DNA from: a virus
Lineage: Duplodnaviria > Caudoviricetes
DNA: 25,276 nucleotides
IMG/VR virus record: IMGVR_UViG_3300035039_000235
Span: 1-25,276 of that record
Reading direction: 5' to 3' (one strand)
In this document: in pieces, positions 1 to 6,454 of the stretch
Position numbering within the stretch: the stretch's first letter is position 1
Layout of the letters: every line of letters starts with the position of its first letter
Made by a program: the position numbers and the translations under genes
The notes under the pieces: generated by a model
Database searches by the model: none
What the model saw: only the letters and a program-made list of their open reading frames with translations
Told to the model about the DNA's origin: nothing

Positions 1-195
1 GCGGGCTTTATGAACTAACAAGGAGTTGTACAGGGTAACACTTTTATAAAAAAAAAATCATAAAAGTATTTGCTTTAAGATGACAAAATCATAAAGGTTG
101 TTATTTTATAGCTTGTGATGATGTCTGATTTAATTTTTTTTAGATTTTGGGGGCATGCTTTTTATTGAAAATGAATAAACTTTGGGGGGTGCTCT

Positions 196-993
196 GTGGC
201 GAAAAAAAAGAAGCCGGCAAAAAAAGAGTGGCGGGATAAGTGTGTGGCTAATTTTCATGAGTTTTTGGTCCAGTATCTGGCAAGGGATGATGTTATAAGC
301 CAGTCTGAGCTGGGCAGGCGCGTGGGCAAAACCCCGCAGTATATCGGGGATATTGTGCATGGGCGCATTGCCGGGACCGAAGAGCTGCGCCGGAAAATTG
401 CCAAGGCCATTGGCGTGCCCTATGATGTTATGGTGGGACTGGTGCCGGGGCGGCCTCGGGTGGCTGATATGCCTGATATATCATTTAGGCTGGCGGACTT
501 TGTGGGAAGGGAGGCGGCCCGGGCGGCCGGGAGTTATGCGGACCGATTGTTTTTGATGTTGCCGGTTGTAACCCTGGGGGCAGCGCTGGAAGGAGAGATC
601 CGTAAAAAAGACGATGTGCGTGGGTGGTATTGGGTGTCTGGAATTGAGGCGGGGCCAGAGGAAAAGCTGGTGGTGGTGGAAATGCCGGACAACTCTTTGG
701 AAGCCGCCGTGCCAAAGGGGTGCATGCTGGTGGTGGCCCTGGCGCCGCCGCCGGTGATCTCTGCCATAGATGATGGGGGGTTTTATTTGGTCGGGCCTCC
801 GTCAGTGGCCCCTGTGCGGCAGATTTATGTGGATGACGGGCAGTTGCTGCTCTCATCGCTGGATCATGATATAGCCAGGCCGCAAACATTGTCGCAGGAA
901 AATATGGGTGCCATAAAAGGCCGGGTGGTTGCCATTTATGAGCCGGGGGTTGACGGGTTTGGATTTTTGAAGGGGCAAAAGAAAAGGGGGTAG
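196..993 (+). CDS. CI-like repressor: Cro/C1 (XRE) HTH plus degenerate S24-like C-terminal domain
   Basis: HTH pattern ISQSELGRRVGKTPQYIGDIVHG...IAKAIGV. C-terminal VVEMPDNSLEAAVPKGCMLVV and GAIKGRVVAI resemble the S24 fold. G-rich RBS before GTG. Confidence 0.85.
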   Translation: MAKKKKPAKKEWRDKCVANFHEFLVQYLARDDVISQSELGRRVGKTPQYIGDIVHGRIAGTEELRRKIAKAIGVPYDVMVGLVPGRPRVADMPDISFRLADFVGREAARAAGSYADRLFLMLPVVTLGAALEGEIRKKDDVRGWYWVSGIEAGPEEKLVVVEMPDNSLEAAVPKGCMLVVALAPPPVISAIDDGGFYLVGPPSVAPVRQIYVDDGQLLLSSLDHDIARPQTLSQENMGAIKGRVVAIYEPGVDGFGFLKGQKKRG

Positions 994-1076
994 TTTTATT
1001 TTAAGAAAAGTGAAAAAGAAAGTGCTGTGGATGGGGATTTTGTTTTAATTCATTTGATTTTGTTTTAGGTGGTGGT

Positions 1077-1106
1077 AAAAAAAAGCCCCGGCCGGGTGGC
1101 CGGGGC
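1077..1106 (-). terminator. Intrinsic terminator of the minus-strand operon
   Basis: 9-bp stem GCCCCGGCC/GGCCGGGGC (1085-1093/1098-1106) with a 4-nt loop. A8 at 1077-1084 is a U-tract on the minus strand, about 25 nt past the stop at 1130. Confidence 0.85.
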
Positions 1107-1129
1107 GGGTGTGGGGTTGGTTTGGTAGA

Positions 1130-1384
1130 TTAAAACAGATGTTCCATGTTAAATCTTAAATCCCATACAGTGTTTTGATAGGCTGATTTTATAGTTAACA
1201 GAGCATTTTCCCTGGTTTTTACATTCGGCAGCTCCGGGGAGTGAGGCTCGTTTTCATCTTCGCTTTGGGCAAGTATCCGATAATTTTCAACCCAAAGATG
1301 AACCCGCCGGTAATTGCTGTCCTTATAGTCATCTTCGTTGTGGCAGATTGTGGCGATAGGGTTTTTAAAGGTCCCGAGATCCAT
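1130..1384 (-). CDS. Hypothetical protein (84 aa)
   Basis: Starts 2 nt after the upstream stop, with a GGAGG RBS inside the upstream gene, and is followed by a terminator. Confidence 0.65.
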   Translation of the reverse strand: MDLGTFKNPIATICHNEDDYKDSNYRRVHLWVENYRILAQSEDENEPHSPELPNVKTRENALLTIKSAYQNTVWDLRFNMEHLF

Positions 1385-1386
1385 AA

Positions 1387-1572
1387 TTATTCCTCCTTGC
1401 TGTTTTGGTCGTTTTGCTTTTCAAGCCTTTGGACTTCCTTTTCCACAGCCGCCAGGGTCAGGCTTGATATTGATCTGGCATGGCCGTTGATCTCCAGCAG
1501 TTTGATCCGCCGCCAGAGATCCCGGGGGAAGCGGATGCTGATTGTTTTTATTTGTTGAGGATTCTCGGCCAT
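1387..1572 (-). CDS. Ribbon-helix-helix (Arc/CopG-like) DNA-binding protein (61 aa)
   Basis: KTISIRFPRDLWRRIKLL...SISSLTLAAVEKEV fits a beta-strand followed by two helices. GGAGG RBS. Confidence 0.7.
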   Translation of the reverse strand: MAENPQQIKTISIRFPRDLWRRIKLLEINGHARSISSLTLAAVEKEVQRLEKQNDQNSKEE

Positions 1573-1577
1573 GGTTG

Positions 1578-1856
1578 TTAGGCCTCCTTTTCTGTTAAAA
1601 GTTCATCCAGGTCAACGCCCTGGAAAGAGCCCACTTTGATAAGGGTGCTTGCCCATTCAATGTAGAGGCTGCTTTCATCCACTGAAAGCAGCGCGCTTTT
1701 TGTTGCCTGCACAATTTCTCTGCCGTCATAGACGGAGACGAGCTTGAACCCGCTCTGTTTGAGTCTGTGCAGCAAGGACCCGACTGCTTTAGCGTTCGGG
1801 TGCTGCTGATCTCTTAGCTCATCCATCGCTTTTTGTACTGTCTCTCTTGCGCTCAT
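1578..1856 (-). CDS. Hypothetical protein (92 aa)
   Basis: RBS GAGAGGAAGGA before ATG; first gene of a tightly packed three-gene operon. Confidence 0.7.
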   Translation of the reverse strand: MSARETVQKAMDELRDQQHPNAKAVGSLLHRLKQSGFKLVSVYDGREIVQATKSALLSVDESSLYIEWASTLIKVGSFQGVDLDELLTEKEA

Positions 1857-1884
1857 GTTATCCTTCCTCTCTTAGGGTTTATAT

Positions 1885-1934
1885 TGGTGTCATGGTGTCA
1901 AGTTTAGAATAAGGCTATGGTGTCATGGTGTCTA
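1885..1934 (-). promoter_or_regulatory. Sigma70-like promoter (TAGACA-17 bp-TATTCT) overlapped by two tandem-repeat operator boxes
   Basis: -35 at 1934-1929 and -10 at 1911-1906 on the minus strand. TGGTGTCATGGTGTC occurs at 1885-1899 and 1918-1932. Confidence 0.7.
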
Positions 1935-2443
1935 GTAGTTTTTTTTAAAAACTTTTTCCCGAGGCCCTATTTTTAAATAAAATTATTTTTGAAAACATCA
2001 CAAAACCCCTGCCTTTTAAAAAAAAGGCATCAAGATACAATTTGATTGTTATGATCAACAGTGCAACCACAATGCACCATAAGGTTAAAACAGCCGGATA
2101 TTTGCGCATTTCGGGGGGAGATTTGAGCGGAATTAGGTGTTTTTGTGCGCGGGGAAGTGCGCAGCTGCGCGGAGGGGATGGCGGGTTGACATTTTTTTTT
2201 GGGTGCGTACCTGGTAGACGGTTTTTTTGGGCCGGGTCATGGAGCCGGATTTCTATGGCGGGATATTCCTTTTTATTTCATTTTAATTCATTTGAAATAT
2301 GGAGGGTAAAAAATGATCGTTTTCTTTTTCAGCTTTATTAAAATGAAAACGCTTGACTTTCTTTTTCAGAATTGTGTAAAAACAAATCAAAAGGAGGCGT
2401 TTTCTTAGAATTTCATTTGATTTCATTTGAAACGGAGGGCCAC

Positions 2444-2490
2444 AGGATGACGGAAGACGGAGGACAGAGGACGGAGGACGGAAGGCCAGA
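2444..2490 (+). repeat. GGAC(A/G)GA heptamer array, translated in the resolvase N-terminus
   Basis: agacgga ggacaga ggacgga ggacgga; encodes MTEDGGQRTEDGR. Confidence 0.85.
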
Positions 2491-3160
2491 CCCAGGACCA
2501 GGGACAGGGCAGGCGGCCGATGTACCAGGCCAGGGGCAGGCTCCTGCGGAAATGACCCGGGAGCAGAGGACTGTAGGATATTTGCGGGTGTCCACTGCGG
2601 ACCAGGACCTTTATAAGTTCCGGGCGGATGTTTTGCAGTTTGCCCAGGACCGGGGCTTTGGGAAAGTTGAGTTTGTAGAGGAGAAGGTTTCCGGGAAAAA
2701 GCCCTGGCGCGACAGGCAGCTGGGGAAAGTGGTGCTGGGGCTGGGCGATGGAGATAAGTTGATTGTCCCGGAGCTCTCCAGGCTGGGGCGGTCAATGCTG
2801 GAAATCCTGGAGATTATTCAGATTGCCAGGGCTGCAGGTGCCTGCATTTATGCGGTAAAAGGCGGATGGGAGCTGGCAGACAATATCCAATCAAAGATCA
2901 TCAGCTCCGTGTTGGCTATGATGGCAGAGGTGGAAAGGGATTTGATATCCGAGAGGACCAAAGAGGCCCTGGCGTCTAAAAAGGCTGCAGGCATAAAACT
3001 GGGGAGAAGGCCTGGACCTGGCAAGAGCAAGCTTGATGAGCATGCCGAAGAGATCCGGGCGCTTCTGGCAAATGGCAGCACAAAAACATTTGTTGCCGGC
3101 AGATACGGCACCAGCGTTCAGAATCTGTCCCACTGGCTCCGGCAGCGGGGCCTTGAATGA
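2447..3160 (+). CDS. Serine recombinase (resolvase/invertase family) with C-terminal HTH
   Basis: VGYLRVSTADQ catalytic motif, EEKVSG, GDKLIVPELSRLGRS, ERDLISERTKEAL, GIKLGRR and a Hin-like HTH. Start moved to ATG 2447 (RBS GGAGGG 2434-2439); an alternative start is MTREQ. Confidence 0.93.
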   Translation: MTEDGGQRTEDGRPDPGPGTGQAADVPGQGQAPAEMTREQRTVGYLRVSTADQDLYKFRADVLQFAQDRGFGKVEFVEEKVSGKKPWRDRQLGKVVLGLGDGDKLIVPELSRLGRSMLEILEIIQIARAAGACIYAVKGGWELADNIQSKIISSVLAMMAEVERDLISERTKEALASKKAAGIKLGRRPGPGKSKLDEHAEEIRALLANGSTKTFVAGRYGTSVQNLSHWLRQRGLE

Positions 3161-3429
3161 TGGCGGCCGGATTCGGGGATCATGGCAGCCGGCCGGCGGG
3201 ATGGATGCCGGCCGGCCTGGCCGATGATCCTTTGAGGCCTGCGGGCATGGGTGTGGGGGTTGGGGTATGCGAAAATCAAAAACCCCGGGATCGGGGGGTG
3301 CCCCCCTCCTATAATATTGTGTATGGGATTTTTAAAGAAAATCGGGTTTTTTGCCGGGCAAAGTCTTTGATATGTCAACTGATAAGGAATTTGGTGTTTT
3401 TGAGGTTATATGGGATTGACAAAATTGTT

Positions 3430-3765
3430 AAACAGGGCACCGGGATGAGACAGCACCCTGTTTGCGTCTCAGGCTGTCTCGGTTTCTGTCTCAGGGGGTA
3501 AAGGGGCTTATTATTAATAATATTATAATATTATATTATATATATATATATAGTGTGACAGTGAGACGCTATTTTTTACATGACTCGAAGATTATCAGAA
3601 TCTTAATTTTGTAATGCTCCAGATATCTGGAGCATTAAGAAAATCTAATTTATATTATGTTGTTTATTTTTTTGCGTCTCACTGGCTCAAAACAGGCTTT
3701 GTTATGTGAAATCAAAAAGTTAATGCGTGACAGCAGTGAGACGGTGAGACGGGGCTGTCTCAGGG
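3430..3765. other. Putative replication origin: bidirectional TGAGAC iteron-like repeats and an A/T-only tract
   Basis: Eight exact TGAGAC/GTCTCA (3446, 3466, 3488, 3562, 3676, 3737, 3745, 3757) plus variants; 45-bp A/T-only run at 3508-3552; non-coding. Confidence 0.6.
3612..3637. repeat. Perfect 26-bp palindrome
   Basis: TAATGCTCCAGATATCTGGAGCATTA equals its own reverse complement. Confidence 0.95.
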
Positions 3766-3771
3766 TAAATT

Positions 3772-3851
3772 AGTTGTGAGTAGTGAGTGGTGAGTAGTGA
3801 GTAAAAAAAAACGGTTTTCAACTCACAGCTCACAACTGACAACTCAATACT
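3772..3851. repeat. Palindromic heptamer-array element, copy 1
   Basis: agttgtg agtagtg agtggtg agtagtg agt - A9CGGTTTTCA - actcaca gctcaca actgaca actcaat act. Confidence 0.9.
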
Positions 3852-3868
3852 GTCTTAAACGGGGGTGG

Positions 3869-5524
3869 ATGATGGGTGTTAAAAGATTGTTGAATAAATA
3901 TTACAGGCCAGGGGTTTGTCCGGAGGCGGCTTGTCCGGAGGATGGCGGAAGACAGAGGACGGAGGACAGAGGACAGAGGACTGAGGACGGAAAACAGAAG
4001 ACGGAAGGCAGAGGGCGGATGACCGAGGGTGGCGGGCCGCAGCTGCCGGAGGATGGAGGGCAAAAGAGTGGATCTATGCGCAGCGGTGGCCGGCGGGAGT
4101 GGGTTGTGGGTGCTGGCGGCCAAGGCGGCTCTGGTGCTGCAGCAGATAGTGGAAAGCTCTATGGCCTTGATGAAGTTGAGATTGTCGTTGACTCCAGTGC
4201 CAGGGTGTCTGTTGAGCTGTTGCCGTCTGCGTGGAGGCATAAAATTTTTCAGGAGTTTACCTATATCAATCCTGCCTGGAAAAAGGCCAGGCAGTATAGC
4301 ACCTCTTTGCAGCCGCCTGAAAAATATCTGTATGCCTATTACACCGATAAAAATGACATGCTTTGCGTGCCCCGGGCCAGTCTCAGGTGGATGATTGATT
4401 TTTTCCAGGCAAGAAAAGTTGGAGTTCACCTGGTGGACAACACGGTAAGTGTTCCCATGGAGGTGCCGGCTACTTTTACCGGGGAGATGGTTCCTGATGT
4501 AAAGCGGGTCCTTGGGGCTTTATGGGAAAAACGGTTTAATATTTTCGGGGGCAGGGGGGAGATTGCAATGGTTGCAGCTGCAGCCCTTATTACCGGACGC
4601 GGTGAGAAAACCCTGATTGTGGTAAAGCAAAAGCGGCAGATGTATCAGTGGATGGATGTTTTAAGCAATGTGACTGATCTTTCGGTTAAGGCAGAAGATA
4701 TAGGGCTGATAGGAGACCGGCACGAGGATCTTGATTCCAGGGTTATTGTGGGCATTGATAAAAGCCTTTACAGGTGTTTGAGAAAGCTGTCTTTCGGCCA
4801 CCTGGTAATTGACAGATGCGATGTGGTTAACACTAAGATTTTCTATCAGATATGCTGGCGGTTTGCCACCAGGTATATAACCGGCATTGCCGGATATGAT
4901 AAGCGGGAAGACGGGCTTGCCCCTTTGATGGCAGCCTTTTGCGGCCCCATCCGGGCGAGGCTTGCAGATGATTTTTCATCTTCAGGCAAAAAACCCGTAC
5001 TTGAGGTTTATGAGGCGCCGGGCCTGGTTGACGGCCAGGAGTATGCAGAGGTGTTAGATAGCTTGTGTGATTCTTTTACCAGAAACAGAAGGATTGCAGA
5101 AGATGTGCTGGCAGCAGCTGCTGCCGGGCAGAGGGTGGTTGTGGTCTCTGCCAGGACCGGGCATATAGAGCAGATAGCCGGGCTTTTAGACGAGCAGCTA
5201 AGGCCAAGTGTGGCTATAACCGGCAAGACAAAGGATGTTGCCAGAAAAACAGCCATAGAAAGGTTTTCCGGCACAGGCCATGCCGACCCGGTGTCTGTTT
5301 TGATGACAACAACTAAAACCGTTGTGGACCTTGAGGTGGAAAATGTTGATGCAGTTTTTGTGGTGGCCCCTTTTAAATACAGGGACACGGCAACAAATAT
5401 TGTCTGCAGGATAAGGCCGGGCGGAAGGCTTGTGGAATACGAGGATGCACACCCGTTTTTAAAATCGTCTTTTAATAAAAGGCTTGAGGCTTATAAGGAT
5501 CTGGGGGTGGTCCCGGCGGTCTGA
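3869..5524 (+). CDS. SF2 (ResIII/DEAD-like) helicase-fold protein with degenerate ATPase motifs
   Basis: Helicase framework (EKTLIVV...MYQW, IGLIG, FGHLVID, RNRRIAEDV, VVVVSARTGHIEQI, SVAITGKT, VDAVFVVAP), but Walker A reads GRGEIA and DExH reads DRCD. Start moved to ATG 3869/3872, after the repeat element and GGGGG RBS. Confidence 0.8.
   Translation: MMGVKRLLNKYYRPGVCPEAACPEDGGRQRTEDRGQRTEDGKQKTEGRGRMTEGGGPQLPEDGGQKSGSMRSGGRREWVVGAGGQGGSGAAADSGKLYGLDEVEIVVDSSARVSVELLPSAWRHKIFQEFTYINPAWKKARQYSTSLQPPEKYLYAYYTDKNDMLCVPRASLRWMIDFFQARKVGVHLVDNTVSVPMEVPATFTGEMVPDVKRVLGALWEKRFNIFGGRGEIAMVAAAALITGRGEKTLIVVKQKRQMYQWMDVLSNVTDLSVKAEDIGLIGDRHEDLDSRVIVGIDKSLYRCLRKLSFGHLVIDRCDVVNTKIFYQICWRFATRYITGIAGYDKREDGLAPLMAAFCGPIRARLADDFSSSGKKPVLEVYEAPGLVDGQEYAEVLDSLCDSFTRNRRIAEDVLAAAAAGQRVVVVSARTGHIEQIAGLLDEQLRPSVAITGKTKDVARKTAIERFSGTGHADPVSVLMTTTKTVVDLEVENVDAVFVVAPFKYRDTATNIVCRIRPGGRLVEYEDAHPFLKSSFNKRLEAYKDLGVVPAV
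3939..4028 (+). repeat. GGAC(A/G)GA heptamer array, translated in the helicase-like N-terminus
   Basis: agacaga ggacgga ggacaga ggacaga ggactga ggacgga aaacaga agacgga; encodes EDGGRQRTEDRGQRTEDGKQKTEGR. Confidence 0.9.
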
Positions 5525-5641
5525 AAAAAAATGTGTCAAGGGTTTTTTGTGTTGCTGTGATGCCAATTTGTTTAAAAACCTGCCTAAATATGCCCGCCGC
5601 CTGTCTGTTTTCTTTTTGACCTAAAAACCAATGGTATGCTG

Positions 5642-5689
5642 ACCCCATGGCAATAGCAGGAATTTTTTTCTTGTGCCATGGGGTTTTTT
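5642..5689 (+). terminator. Terminator-like hairpin between the helicase-like gene and terS
   Basis: ACCCCATGGCA (5642-5652) / TGCCATGGGGT (5674-5684), followed by a T-run. Confidence 0.55.
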
Positions 5690-5719
5690 CGTTTCTGTGG
5701 TCCTCCTTTTCGTTGCTTG

Positions 5720-5752
5720 GCCGGGGGCGGGCAAGCGGTGCCCGCCCCCGGC
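5720..5752. promoter_or_regulatory. 14-bp GC-rich perfect hairpin upstream of terS
   Basis: GCCGGGGGCGGGCA-agcgg-TGCCCGCCCCCGGC; no adjacent U-tract on the + strand. Confidence 0.6.
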
Positions 5753-5788
5753 GGCAATCATAAACGCAGCCAGAAAAAAGTTTAAGGC

Positions 5789-6454
5789 ATGCCAAAGACC
5801 TGCAAAATTGAGCAACTGGGGTTGTCAGATACGGTCCAGCAGCTTATGGCCGATGGGGTGACCACCAGGGCTGAAATGACAGCCCGGCTCCAGGAGGATC
5901 ACAATGCTGATGTTTCTGAGGCAACTGTGGGCAGGTACATGGCAAAAATACGCCAGTCCGCAGGAACCGAGGCGTTTGCCAAAATCCAGGACCATGTAAA
6001 CCGTGTGGTGCCTGAAGACCTGGCAGCATTAGAGGAAATGGAAAAACAGGCCCTGGACTGGTCCAGGCAGGCGGGTGCCACCAGTGCTGAGCGTGCTGCA
6101 GCGGCCGCAGAAAACATTGCAGGCGAGCTGATGCAGTGGCGGGAAGCAATTATTTCTGCGCGCCAGGATGAGGCTGCTGACAAGGTTGTTCGCTGGATTA
6201 TTAAGCGGGCTGCTTTTCTGCTTGCAGAAGATGACCGGCGCCAGGAGCAAAGGATTGCTGCCATGCGCATGGTTCATAAAATTATTGAAACCAAGCTGGC
6301 AAAAGCCGGTCTCCTTGATGATGACCAGAAGGGCAGAATTGTTTTTCTAACCCGCAAGGCCACTGGCCAGGATGAAGACGGCGCCCCGGGCCAGGCAGAC
6401 GGCCGCCGGGTGCTTCGTCTTATCGGGAGGTCTGATGACAGCGACGGCTCCTGA
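5789..6454 (+). CDS. Putative terminase small subunit (DUF3486/Mu gp27-like N-terminal HTH)
   Basis: N-terminal KIEQL...TTRAEMTARLQEDHNADVSEATVGRY HTH-like segment, then helical; overlaps the terL start. Confidence 0.7.
   Translation: MPKTCKIEQLGLSDTVQQLMADGVTTRAEMTARLQEDHNADVSEATVGRYMAKIRQSAGTEAFAKIQDHVNRVVPEDLAALEEMEKQALDWSRQAGATSAERAAAAAENIAGELMQWREAIISARQDEAADKVVRWIIKRAAFLLAEDDRRQEQRIAAMRMVHKIIETKLAKAGLLDDDQKGRIVFLTRKATGQDEDGAPGQADGRRVLRLIGRSDDSDGS

Noticed and set aside
6-96. AAAATCATAAA repeats (54-64, 85-95) and inverted CTTTATGA (6-13) as repressor operators
   Set aside because: Plausible, but short, AT-rich and cut by the window edge; not enough support.
2447-3160. Resolvase as the prophage integrase or a tail-fibre invertase (Gin/Cin-type)
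   Set aside because: Too short for a large serine integrase, far from the tail genes, and no inverted crossover sites flanking a fibre segment were seen.
2042-3501. ORFs 2042..2341, 2283..2795 (-) and 3157..3501
   Set aside because: No recognisable motifs, biased composition, and they overlap regulatory DNA or the resolvase; probably spurious.
3797-3868. GTG start of the helicase-like ORF, and similar ORFs such as 14017..14220
   Set aside because: They translate the heptamer repeat elements (THSSQLTT); an RBS and ATG follow the element.
5616-5640. TTGACC...TATGCT as a canonical -35/-10 promoter
   Set aside because: The spacer is only 13 bp; only the extended -10 reading is retained.
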